Assembly (NCBI RefSeq): GCF_000341395.1
Contig: NC_020304.1
Location: 1,410,001-1,442,000, forward strand
DNA from: Desulfocapsa sulfexigens DSM 10523
GTDB lineage: Bacteria; Desulfobacterota; Desulfobulbia; Desulfobulbales; Desulfocapsaceae
Direction: 5' to 3'
Length of the DNA stretch: 32,000 nt
Positions 9,722-18,461 of the stretch are shown one piece after another (positions within the stretch are counted from its first letter, which is position 1; each line of letters opens with the position of its first letter). The translations under genes and the position numbers were made by a program. Below the pieces are notes generated by a model. It ran no database searches. It was given only the letters and a program-made list of their open reading frames with translations, and was not told where the DNA came from.

Positions 9722-10621
9722 TTGGACAATCTTTTTCTGACAAAACTGCTTGAGTCTGGCTACACTGAAGATCCACTCGATGAGATCCTGGCCGTGATTA
9801 CTTTAATGGCGCCGGATTTTCCCCAGGAGCCCCTTGTTGAGCTACATCGTGAAATCAGGTTGATTTTTGAGGGGGAACATCCGGAGTACCGGCAATCGAA
9901 CACCAAATATCATAACCTCAATCACACCTATGGCGTTGTTCTGGCAACTGTGAGACTGTTTCACGGATTGTCCCGTGATGGCTGGCATGTTTCTGAAGAA
10001 ACTTTAAGCAAGGCACTGTACAGCGCCTATTTTCATGATTGTGGCCTGTTACTCAAGAATTCTGAGGATGCGGAAACCGGCGCTGTGTACACCCTTGGCC
10101 ATGAGAAACGCTCCATGTTTCTTATGGCAGACTATCTGAAAGCAAGAAAATTTTCCCTTCCCTTTATTACAGATTGTTCGCTCATTATCCAGTGTACAAA
10201 TCTTAGTATTGACCCTGACTCGTTGTTTTTTCCATCTGCAGAAATGCAGCTGGCTTCTTTCTCCGTGGGATCTGCGGACATCCTGGCTCAGATGGCCGAC
10301 AGATACTATCTGGAGCGGTTACCGTTACTTTTTCAGGAACATGAGGAAGGCGGGGTTACCGGCTATAAATCTGCAGTGGAATTGATGGAAAAGACTTCTG
10401 TGTTTTATCATGAGGTTGTGGTTGATCGTCTGTCCTCTGTATTTGGAAATCTCACCAAGTTTATGCAGATTCATTTTCGGGAACGCTGGGGGGTTGATCG
10501 GAATCTTTATCTTGACAGCATAAAGAAAAATGTCACGTATATCCGACTTATTGTGAGGTCGTGTGGCGGTGATATGGAAGAGTCGCTACAGAAGTATCTG
10601 CGACGTATTCCACCTGACTGA
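9722..10621 (+). CDS. HD-domain metal-dependent phosphohydrolase family protein
   Basis: 299 aa with HNLNHT ... FHDCGLL ... GHEKRS ... GSADILAQMADR, the H..H / HD / H / D pattern of HD domains. It uses a TTG start with AGGGA upstream. Confidence 0.65.
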   Translation: MDNLFLTKLLESGYTEDPLDEILAVITLMAPDFPQEPLVELHREIRLIFEGEHPEYRQSNTKYHNLNHTYGVVLATVRLFHGLSRDGWHVSEETLSKALYSAYFHDCGLLLKNSEDAETGAVYTLGHEKRSMFLMADYLKARKFSLPFITDCSLIIQCTNLSIDPDSLFFPSAEMQLASFSVGSADILAQMADRYYLERLPLLFQEHEEGGVTGYKSAVELMEKTSVFYHEVVVDRLSSVFGNLTKFMQIHFRERWGVDRNLYLDSIKKNVTYIRLIVRSCGGDMEESLQKYLRRIPPD

Positions 10622-10651
10622 TTTCATCCATAGTGTTGAGCTTTCCCTTCC

Positions 10652-10855
10652 TTACTTCTGCCGTGGATCTTTTCCTGTTTCAAACATTTCAAAAAGGTCG
10701 TAAAACAATCTGGCCACAGCGCTGAAGTGGGTGGCAGAGCCCGAACTGGCATAGGCCTTGGTGAGTTCCATGGCCCGGGCGAAACTTTCCTGACATTCTG
10801 ATTCCTCAGGGGACTTCAGTACTCCTACAAGACGTGCTCCTATTTCATCCTTCAT
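10652..10855 (-). CDS. Hypothetical small acidic protein (67 aa), translationally coupled to pepF
   Basis: Its ATG overlaps the pepF stop (ATGA), and a strong GGAGGA sits 6 nt upstream inside the pepF 3' end. I recognise no family. Confidence 0.6.
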   Translation of the reverse strand: MKDEIGARLVGVLKSPEESECQESFARAMELTKAYASSGSATHFSAVARLFYDLFEMFETGKDPRQK

Positions 10856-12621
10856 GATATTTCCTCCAACATGTTTTCAATGACGTGCAAGCCACCCTGC
10901 CAGAAGGAAGGGTCGTTCAAGTCAATGTTGAACGGGGCCAGTAGTTCGGTTGGGGATTTACTGCCTCCCTCCGAAAGAAGATACAGATATTTGGGGATAA
11001 AATCAGCCCCTTCTTTTTGATAAATTCGATAGAGCGCCAGTACCAGCAATTCGCCAAATGCATAAGAGTAGACATAGCCAGGGGTATGGAGAAAATGGGG
11101 GATATAGGACCACCATATTTTATAATGATCTCCAAGTGTGACTGCATCACCAAACATTGCTTTCTGGCTCTTCATCCACAGGTTTGAAAGATCATCGGTT
11201 GAGACTTCTCCGCTATTGCGGCGCTGGCTATGAATCATATCCTCAAAGCGGTTCATGGAAATTTGCCTGAATACGGTGGCAAATATTGATTCCAGTTTCT
11301 GGCAGATAAAGGCCTGTCTTTGCGCAGGTTCGCTAAGAGATGCGAGCTGCTTGTGAAAGATCAACAGTTCGGCAAAAACGGAGGCTGTTTCGGCAAGTAC
11401 CAGTGGCGTGTCACTGTTGAAATAGCCCTTATCCCTGGCGAGATATTGATGGATACCATGGCCGAGTTCATGGGCGACTGTGGATACATCCCGGAGATTT
11501 CCAGTGTAATTCACCAGAACATAGGGATTGGCATCAGGAACTGCCGGATGAGCGAATGCTCCACCCCGTTTTCCATCAAGTAGTGGTGCATGAATCCAAT
11601 TGTTGTCAAAGAAAAGATTCGCGATATCAGCCATTTCTGGGGAGAAATCCCTGAACCCATCGAGCACCATTTGTCTACATTCTTTCCATGGAACGAGGCG
11701 ATCTGGCAGGGAGGGAAGTGGGGCGTAGCGGTCATAATCGTGGAGGGTATCGAGCCCCAGAATATCTTTCTTTATCGCATAGTAACGCTGGACGATATCG
11801 TAACGTTCAGTGCAGCTGTCCACCAGGGCATCGACGGTTCTATCTTCGAGTTCGTTGGAGAGGTTTCTGGAACTGACCCAGGAGGGGTAGTGTCGTAACC
11901 TGTCGTCGATCATCTTTTCAGCAAGAATAGTATTGAATATATGGCTGAGAATATGGAGCTGGCTGTCGAGGCCAGTGGTGAGTTCAAGGGCAGCATTTTT
12001 ACGAACACTGCGCTTCGAATTGTAGAGATCCGAGAGCACTTCCTCTTCACTTCTTTTCTTTTCGCCGAACTCAAGGTGTCCCAGGAGTTTTTCAAACAGG
12101 GTGAGCCAGCTATCACGGCCCACCGGTGAGAATTCCACCAGCAGAGATTCTTCAGAATGTGACAGGAGATGGTTGGCATATTTACGCAGGTTGCTGAGAT
12201 AATGGTGATACTCTGCAGTATCCTCAGCTGTAAGAAATCGGTCTGCAGAGGTTTGATCCATTTTGGCCCATTCCAGGTCGAAGAAAACCAGCTCCCTATT
12301 GACACGGCTTGCATCTTCCTTGCATTTCTGGAGAAAGGCTGCCGCCGCATTGTTTTTAACTTGAGTGACAAAATTGAGAAAGGCGTAAGTGTCAATGCGG
12401 CCAAGGTTGATATGGATACGTTCTATACGGCGCACTGTCCTGGCAAAGGTGGCAGGAGAGAGTTCTTTGAGTTTCCCCGCACATCCTTCCCTTATCAGCT
12501 CAGCCTCCTGTATGCAGAGGTCAAGGTCATCCTGAAGCAGGTCATCTTCAAGTGAGTCGTAGAGGGCGTCGAGATTCCAGATTACATTGGTGGTACCGAG
12601 TTCGTCATTTAAAGCTGACAT
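10852..12621 (-). CDS. pepF: Oligoendopeptidase F (M3B zinc metallopeptidase)
   Basis: About 590 aa with the HELGHGIH zinc motif in the expected position and M3B-like length and layout. ATG 12621 has GGAGGA 7 nt upstream, so I prefer it to the ORF-track start at 12651. Confidence 0.85.
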   Translation of the reverse strand: MSALNDELGTTNVIWNLDALYDSLEDDLLQDDLDLCIQEAELIREGCAGKLKELSPATFARTVRRIERIHINLGRIDTYAFLNFVTQVKNNAAAAFLQKCKEDASRVNRELVFFDLEWAKMDQTSADRFLTAEDTAEYHHYLSNLRKYANHLLSHSEESLLVEFSPVGRDSWLTLFEKLLGHLEFGEKKRSEEEVLSDLYNSKRSVRKNAALELTTGLDSQLHILSHIFNTILAEKMIDDRLRHYPSWVSSRNLSNELEDRTVDALVDSCTERYDIVQRYYAIKKDILGLDTLHDYDRYAPLPSLPDRLVPWKECRQMVLDGFRDFSPEMADIANLFFDNNWIHAPLLDGKRGGAFAHPAVPDANPYVLVNYTGNLRDVSTVAHELGHGIHQYLARDKGYFNSDTPLVLAETASVFAELLIFHKQLASLSEPAQRQAFICQKLESIFATVFRQISMNRFEDMIHSQRRNSGEVSTDDLSNLWMKSQKAMFGDAVTLGDHYKIWWSYIPHFLHTPGYVYSYAFGELLVLALYRIYQKEGADFIPKYLYLLSEGGSKSPTELLAPFNIDLNDPSFWQGGLHVIENMLEEIS

Positions 12622-12656
12622 GCAAATATCCTCCGGTGAAGGTGGTAACATACGAT

Positions 12657-13163
12657 TTATTGTCTCATGAATTCAATAACGCTAAAAAAAGAAAAGAGCC
12701 AGTCCCCATCTGTTTTTTCTGCATGAATCGTGAGTTCATAGGTGTCGCTGAAGCGGTCATTACTGGTTATTTCGGTCAACTGAAGGGTCGTTGTGATTTC
12801 TGCCAGGGTCTTCTGGGGAAAGATGATGCTTGTGTTATAAAAGCTGAAAGAGGTTTCAGGCATCGTTCTTTTCATCATAATGATCTGATCTGTCAGCTCT
12901 TTCTTGAGAAAGTCACGATGGATATTATGGGAATCGATCTGCACCATACAGGGATTCTTGCAGAGTTTAGCCGCAAGAGCAGCTTTTTTGAGCAGGGCAA
13001 TGGCTGTTTCTTCACTGGTTGAAGAACAGTACTCTGCGAGTGTATCCATATTGCTGAGTATTTTCTTTTTATCATTTGGAAGGAAAAGGATTCCAATGAC
13101 GCTCACAATGAGAATCAGTACGGTGATTATTTTTTTGTCCATGGAATAAACTCTGCCTGGCAT
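12657..13163 (-). CDS. Hypothetical membrane-anchored protein
   Basis: 168 aa with an N-terminal anchor (KKIITVLILIVSVIGILFL). It is the first gene of the apparent three-gene pepF operon. An alternative start is ATG 13142. No family recognised. Confidence 0.55.
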   Translation of the reverse strand: MPGRVYSMDKKIITVLILIVSVIGILFLPNDKKKILSNMDTLAEYCSSTSEETAIALLKKAALAAKLCKNPCMVQIDSHNIHRDFLKKELTDQIIMMKRTMPETSFSFYNTSIIFPQKTLAEITTTLQLTEITSNDRFSDTYELTIHAEKTDGDWLFSFFSVIEFMRQ

Positions 13164-13354
13164 TCTTCGCTGACGCGTTTTAGCAGTATGATGTTTTTTT
13201 CGGTGAAGCGAACAGTGACAATATCAAAACGTCTCATCGGTGGAAAAGGGTATTGGAGCCGCCAGCAGAAAATAAAGATATAGAAGGCGGCTGAGGTATC
13301 TTCTACTGATCGCAGGGAGGAAATATTTCCGTATTATCTGAGATGTTTTGCAGA

Positions 13355-14173
13355 TCACCTGGCATTGGGAGTGAAAAGAATATTTCCACCTTTATCTCTG
13401 AAGGCGCCGATTGTATCCTGGCCTGCCGGTGAGCTGAGCCAGATAACAAAATTCATGGCTGACTGGTAGTTGACATGTCTGTGATTTCTGGGGTTAACGA
13501 TCATAACACCGTACTGATTAAAGAGGCTTGGATCCCCCTCGAGAAGAATAGTAAAATCATTATTTTTACTGGCCTTAAGGCTGAGCCAGGTGGCGCGGTC
13601 TGCTATTGTGTATGCCTTTTTCTCCATAGCCAGATTGATTGTTTCTGTCATTCCCAGGTTTGCGGGCAGGTACCAGGAATCAATTCTGCCAGGCATTGCT
13701 CCGGTGCTGGCCCATATACGGTTTTCACGCATATTGGTCTCGGAATTGTCGCCGCGGGAGATAAAATTGGCTTTTGAAGCACGAATTTTTTTGAAAGCAT
13801 CGAGGGGCACAGTTGAGTTCTGTAGTTCAGCGGGGTCATTTTTGGGACCAAGAATAACGTAGTCGCTATACATGATCTCTTCACGATCAATAAAGTACCC
13901 CTCGTCCACTAGCAGGATTTCAAGGTCCCTGTCATGTGTGAGGACGGCATCCACTTTACCCTGTTGACCAAGTTCCAGTGCAGCACTGTTACTTACAGCG
14001 GTAACAGTCACGTCAATGCCGGTGCTTTTTTTGAAAATCGGTAACAGATAGTCGAGTAGACCGGAGTCAAGGGTTGCCGTGGTCGAAGCAACCTTGATTG
14101 ATTCTTGGGCGTGCAGGGTGGTGAGCGGGAGTAACATAACAAAAAGAAGAAGGAAACTGATTTTTCTGTACAT
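13355..14173 (-). CDS. Periplasmic oxyanion-binding protein, TupA-like (tungstate/molybdate type)
   Basis: 272 aa with a signal peptide. VASTTATLDSGLLDYLLPIFKKSTGIDVTV resembles the TTTS-x-DSGLL signature of TupA proteins as I recall it. FISRGDNSETN and LFNQYGVMIVNP match the rest of the family pattern. Confidence 0.7.
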   Translation of the reverse strand: MYRKISFLLLFVMLLPLTTLHAQESIKVASTTATLDSGLLDYLLPIFKKSTGIDVTVTAVSNSAALELGQQGKVDAVLTHDRDLEILLVDEGYFIDREEIMYSDYVILGPKNDPAELQNSTVPLDAFKKIRASKANFISRGDNSETNMRENRIWASTGAMPGRIDSWYLPANLGMTETINLAMEKKAYTIADRATWLSLKASKNNDFTILLEGDPSLFNQYGVMIVNPRNHRHVNYQSAMNFVIWLSSPAGQDTIGAFRDKGGNILFTPNAR

Positions 14174-14213
14174 AATGTGCTCTTCTAAGTGAGAGTGGAT
14201 TTATTGGGAGTTT

Positions 14214-14873
14214 TTATGGAAGGGTTATCCGGATATCAATAGTTTTAGTCACTTTAGTGCCAAGCTTCAGGGAATCTACAAATCCACATACGGTACCGGC
14301 AAGTGCATCCTGAACAAAATTTTTCATGGGGATGCGATTACCGTTGATGAGGAGGGTGGTGTGGTCTGCACCTTTTCCGGCATCCTGAAGGAAGCGTTTT
14401 TCAATAAATGAAGCAATTTCAGCAGCTTCGGTGAGTCGAAAAACATGGTCTCCACTGACCTGCTCATCACTGGCAACGGCAATTACTCCGGTCACTGTAT
14501 TACGGAGGAGTTCTTTTGTTTCACTATTGCGGAAGACTTCAATTTTAGAGACCTGCCTGGCCTCTTTGAAGCCTTCTCCAATAACAATATCAACATCCGG
14601 AAAGTGGCGGTGGGCGAGACTTGTCAGGGACTCCTGCCTGTTATCCGTCATAATCACCATCTGATCAGGTGCTACCAGCATCACAGAATCCGCCCCGGCA
14701 CTGCGGTGGGTATGGGTGTCCGTTCCGGGGGTATCAAAGACAATCCCCGTTTCCTTGGTGGATTTAATGACAGCCACCTGGTATCCAAGCTGTTTAAGAT
14801 GGCTGACAACCCTGGAAGCGAGTGTTGTTTTGCCGCAATCGTGCCAGCCGATAAAAGTGACGATGGGTGGCAT
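14214..14873 (-). CDS. mobB: Molybdopterin-guanine dinucleotide biosynthesis adapter MobB with a C-terminal extension
   Basis: P-loop IVTFIGWHDCGKTTLASRVV..QLGYQVAVIKST and a VIGEGFK block are typical of MobB. About 55 extra C-terminal residues (TTLLINGNRIPM...IDIRITLP) are unassigned. Confidence 0.75.
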   Translation of the reverse strand: MPPIVTFIGWHDCGKTTLASRVVSHLKQLGYQVAVIKSTKETGIVFDTPGTDTHTHRSAGADSVMLVAPDQMVIMTDNRQESLTSLAHRHFPDVDIVIGEGFKEARQVSKIEVFRNSETKELLRNTVTGVIAVASDEQVSGDHVFRLTEAAEIASFIEKRFLQDAGKGADHTTLLINGNRIPMKNFVQDALAGTVCGFVDSLKLGTKVTKTIDIRITLP

Positions 14874-15136
14874 GTGGGGAACCTCGAAAATGAGTGAATA
14901 ATGACAAGCAATAACTGCTGAAATGTATCCTTGATAAATTACCGTATCCTGCTTAAGAATTCAAGGAGCCTTGAAACTCTTTTTCCGGGAGTGTTCCCTT
15001 GTAAAGGGAGAAACATGCTAACAAATCACATTGACATGCTGGGGAGGGGTTGGTAGTTATCAGATGGTCGCTAATCATACTGTTTGGCGTACAAAAGTGT
15101 GGGCATTGTTCATGGTTTTACTCATCCCTACTCTTT

Positions 15137-15910
15137 ATGACTAAATTCATAAAATACCTTTTTCTTTCTGTTCTGCTCTTGGTGATTGTGCTTCAGGTTG
15201 CAGTTACTTTATTGAGCCCGGCGATTGACCAAGAACTTTCCAGGATGGCAATCAGCCCTCTTTCAGGGCGAAGGGGGGAGGTCTGGGGACATGCCGGGTA
15301 TACTGCTGATGGATCTGCGGCTAATAGTGTAGCAGGCCTCAATGCAGCGGTCGAGCGGCAACTTCAGGGAGTGGAGCTTGATATCCATTACGACCATGAA
15401 CTGAAGGGCTTCGTTGTTGCCCATGACCCGGACTATGATAAGAAAACTGTGCTGCCCCTCGATGAGGTTCTGGAGCGATTTGGTAGCCTGCCTGGGTTCT
15501 GGCTGGACTTCAAAAACCTGAGTAGACAACCGCCATGGCGGGTATCACTTATTGCCGAAAAACTTACCTCTCTGCTCGACAGATATGGTTGCAGTGACAA
15601 GACTCTTGTTGAGTCAAGGAATCCCGTTTATCTCTCTCTTTTGGCCCATCATGGGATACAGACAGCTTACCATCTGAGTATCAGTAAAATTCCGGCCATT
15701 TTCCGGATCGAGGAGTTTCTCTACAAGTTTGTTTTTATTTATGGCCGGTTGAGCAGCTTTTCGATTGGCCACAACCATAGTGGTGGTGAGCTGTTTAGGA
15801 GCTTTTCCCCAATCCCCTTTGTCGTCTCTACTATTAACGACCCCGATGAAATAACCAGATTGCAAAAACAGAAAACAGTTCTGGTGATTCTGTCAGACAG
15901 ACCTAGGTAA
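15137..15910 (+). CDS. Glycerophosphodiester phosphodiesterase (GDPD)-like protein, membrane-anchored
   Basis: GHAGY...ANSVAGLNAAVERQLQGVELDIHYD resembles the GHRG...EN(T/S)...ELD signature. ATG 15137 gives an N-terminal anchor (MTKFIKYLFLSVLLLVIVL). The TTG at 15050 sits only 2 nt from its putative Shine-Dalgarno. Confidence 0.55.
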   Translation: MTKFIKYLFLSVLLLVIVLQVAVTLLSPAIDQELSRMAISPLSGRRGEVWGHAGYTADGSAANSVAGLNAAVERQLQGVELDIHYDHELKGFVVAHDPDYDKKTVLPLDEVLERFGSLPGFWLDFKNLSRQPPWRVSLIAEKLTSLLDRYGCSDKTLVESRNPVYLSLLAHHGIQTAYHLSISKIPAIFRIEEFLYKFVFIYGRLSSFSIGHNHSGGELFRSFSPIPFVVSTINDPDEITRLQKQKTVLVILSDRPR

Positions 15911-15938
15911 CCATCATTTTTGCTGCTCGACATTCCTG

Positions 15939-17567
15939 TCAGTTTTCGGTCTTTGCAACGTTCTCTGCTTTTCTGTTCTCCACTTCATTTTTCTTCAAGG
16001 TCGGGATATATCGATCCGAAAAGATATCATTCGTCTCGTTATAATAGATCCCTTCTATCCCAAGAAGTCCAAGAACCGTGTGGTCGAGAAGATCAACCCG
16101 ATATGGCCGTGAAGCTATGGCTGGATCCACCTTTTCGAGGCTGGGACTCCAGAAAACCATTGGGATTTCCCATTGTTCCGGGGCCGTGTAGTTGTGACCG
16201 GAATAATTGTCATTGTGGCATACATCTTGACCATGGTCGGGAAGGTAGAGCCAGGCACTGTGCTTGGCGTCTTTTGAGTTTTTCAATATTTCGATAAGCC
16301 TGTGGCGAACCATGTCTCCATATACAATGGAGTTGTCGTAGAGGTTCCTGAAGGTCAGGGCCCACCTGGCCCGACCTTTTTCTTTAAGATCAAGGGTGAC
16401 GGGGTCATTATAGGTGTCGGTGAAAAGGCTGTACGAATCGGGGTAACGGAAGTTATAGGCGGGATGGGAACCCAGCATGTGGACGATGATGAATTTTTTG
16501 TCATGGTTGGCGGCCAGTGCTTTTTCGAAGGGGGCAAGGAGAATTGCATCATAGGAGCCCTCTCCTCTGGATTTTCCCCGGTTGGTTCGGATGATCTCAT
16601 CACCATGCTCTGAAAAAATCTTGATGATACCTTTATGGGCGTCGGTGGAGTGGTTAGAGATGTAAGTGACATGGTAACCCGCATGTTTTGCTATAAGGAG
16701 GATATCAGGATCGGTTTTCCAGCGCTCCGGTTCCTCTATCGTTGCTGGGGTCAGCATATGGAGAAAAGCGACCAGAGTTGCCGGAGCGGCAGCGTGAATA
16801 TTCTCAAAAACCACGAGTTCGTCTTTCATCCCATCGAGTTGCGGCGTTGTTTTTCTGTCATAGCCGTAGAGTGACCAGTTGTGCCTCGTGTCACTCTCTC
16901 CGATAACCAGGACGACGGTTTTTTTCTCCTCATCGCCAGTGTATGTCATGAGATCAAGGTTTGAAATTTTCAGGTTGGCATCGAGTTCCTCGACCAGACG
17001 GGCAGTGACACGAAGGGCCTCCTGCCAGTTATTATAGTAGTAGGGAAAATATATAAAAGGATTGGAACGGTATAATGACGGGTTAAGGTGAATAACAGTT
17101 GTCAGGAGCAGAAACACCACCAGTTGCCATCTTTGCCGCCTCGGGCTGGGCGAAGAGAGCGGAGTATTGATTACGTACCGCAGATAGAGTGTGAACAGAG
17201 CAATGCAGAGAACAGTATGTTTGATCAGGTACCAGCGGTAGTGGAGAACAAATTCCGTACTTTCACTCTGGTCTGTTGAAAAGATGGCGGCCATAATAGC
17301 GTTTTCTTCCTGGGCCACTCCGAAAATATCCTTTAATCCGGCATGAAAGCTCATATTGACAAAGAGCACCAGCAGGGTAAAAAAAGTTATATACTTGAGT
17401 TTTTTGGACTCCGGAAAATAAGGTTTGAGGGCCAGGAGGCTGCCAATCAGGAGCACCCCGATCAATGCAATCTTACCAGCACGGGCATGATTGAGATAAC
17501 CAATAAGATAATAGGTCAGAGGAAATATAGAAAATACAAAAGCTTTGATGAACGGTGTTTTGAACAT
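15939..17567 (-). CDS. Phosphoethanolamine transferase (EptA/sulfatase-domain family)
   Basis: An N-terminal multi-TM region precedes VVLVIGESDTRHNWSLYGYDRKTTPQL and HMLGSHPAYNFRYP, both typical of lipid A/core pEtN transferases. The start is ambiguous: ATG 17567 gives about 542 aa, while the ORF-track TTG at 17708 adds 47 aa. Confidence 0.8.
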   Translation of the reverse strand: MFKTPFIKAFVFSIFPLTYYLIGYLNHARAGKIALIGVLLIGSLLALKPYFPESKKLKYITFFTLLVLFVNMSFHAGLKDIFGVAQEENAIMAAIFSTDQSESTEFVLHYRWYLIKHTVLCIALFTLYLRYVINTPLSSPSPRRQRWQLVVFLLLTTVIHLNPSLYRSNPFIYFPYYYNNWQEALRVTARLVEELDANLKISNLDLMTYTGDEEKKTVVLVIGESDTRHNWSLYGYDRKTTPQLDGMKDELVVFENIHAAAPATLVAFLHMLTPATIEEPERWKTDPDILLIAKHAGYHVTYISNHSTDAHKGIIKIFSEHGDEIIRTNRGKSRGEGSYDAILLAPFEKALAANHDKKFIIVHMLGSHPAYNFRYPDSYSLFTDTYNDPVTLDLKEKGRARWALTFRNLYDNSIVYGDMVRHRLIEILKNSKDAKHSAWLYLPDHGQDVCHNDNYSGHNYTAPEQWEIPMVFWSPSLEKVDPAIASRPYRVDLLDHTVLGLLGIEGIYYNETNDIFSDRYIPTLKKNEVENRKAENVAKTEN

Positions 17568-17712
17568 AAGTGAGTGCTGGAGACTGGTGCCTTTTCTTCT
17601 AATGGTTATCGGTAAGTGAAGGGTAAATGTCTGGCCCCAATGAAAGGAAAACAAAATAGACTCAACAGGCTCCGGGGCAGAGCACACGGTGAAGGCACTA
17701 TAGCCCAATATA

Positions 17713-18348
17713 CTATTGTTTTACAAGAGGAAGACGATGATGGGAGATGATGTGCATTAATATATCAGCAGCTGTTTTGAGTGTGAGAAAAACAAATAGC
17801 AGCCACGTTGATTCTCCACTTATGGCTGCACCGAGGATGATAATCAGATGCATGGGGATGATCCTTGCATAAGGGAAAAACATAAGAGTACCGATATTAG
17901 GATTTCCGGCAGCATCTTGTTCCTTATTATAGCGATAGGAAAAGGCGTGATTGAAAAGAAAAATGCCAAGTCCAACGGCTCCATGGAGCATAAAGTACGG
18001 TGAGGTTTCCGGGATGCTGGTTATGAGGAAGATAGCGTAAAAAAGATGGAATGCACCGTAATGGAAAAGGAAAAACCAGGCGGTGGATTTTTGGGTTTTC
18101 GGGGCGGCTTCTGCCTGTCTTCCATTGATTTTGAAGCCCTTTGTGCTGAATGACTTCAGAGCAAGAATGCGCCTCCAGTTAAAAAATCCGATAATCATGT
18201 TCTGCCACCAGTAAATCCAGAGGAGTTCCCCCATGGACCAGCGTTGAACAAGAGCCAGAACTATAACAATCAGGTTTGAGAAGAAGAGCAGCCGGATAGA
18301 AGGGTCTGTACGAAGTCTGTAGCGTACTGTTGTTTCTGTTATTTTCAA
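17713..18348 (-). CDS. Polytopic membrane protein of unknown function (possibly DUF6498-like)
   Basis: 211 aa with about 5 predicted TM segments and a LLWIYWWQNMIIGFFNWRRIL motif. The family assignment is from memory only. Confidence 0.55.
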   Translation of the reverse strand: MKITETTVRYRLRTDPSIRLLFFSNLIVIVLALVQRWSMGELLWIYWWQNMIIGFFNWRRILALKSFSTKGFKINGRQAEAAPKTQKSTAWFFLFHYGAFHLFYAIFLITSIPETSPYFMLHGAVGLGIFLFNHAFSYRYNKEQDAAGNPNIGTLMFFPYARIIPMHLIIILGAAISGESTWLLFVFLTLKTAADILMHIISHHRLPLVKQ

Positions 18349-18461
18349 GTGTAATCCTCTGCAGATTCCTCTAGGTTTTATTTGACAAAACAGGGAATTA
18401 GGCTTTCTGCAACTCCGTTTACTTACAATGAACTGGGAAGAGTCTCTGAGAGACCAGTAGC

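Noticed and set aside
14874-15050. A Moco riboswitch upstream of the mobB/tupA-like operon
   Set aside because: The minus-strand leader has small hairpins (tccctt-gta-aaggga) and a CACUCCCGGAAAAAGAG stretch. I cannot match it confidently to the Moco RNA motif from memory. A covariance-model scan is needed before making any claim.
15050-15136. The TTG 15050 start for the GDPD-like gene and the TTG 17708 start for the EptA-like gene
   Set aside because: TTG 15050 is only 2 nt from its putative Shine-Dalgarno. TTG 17708 adds 47 non-membrane residues ahead of a family that normally starts with TM helices. The internal ATGs give family-typical N-termini, but both starts remain uncertain.
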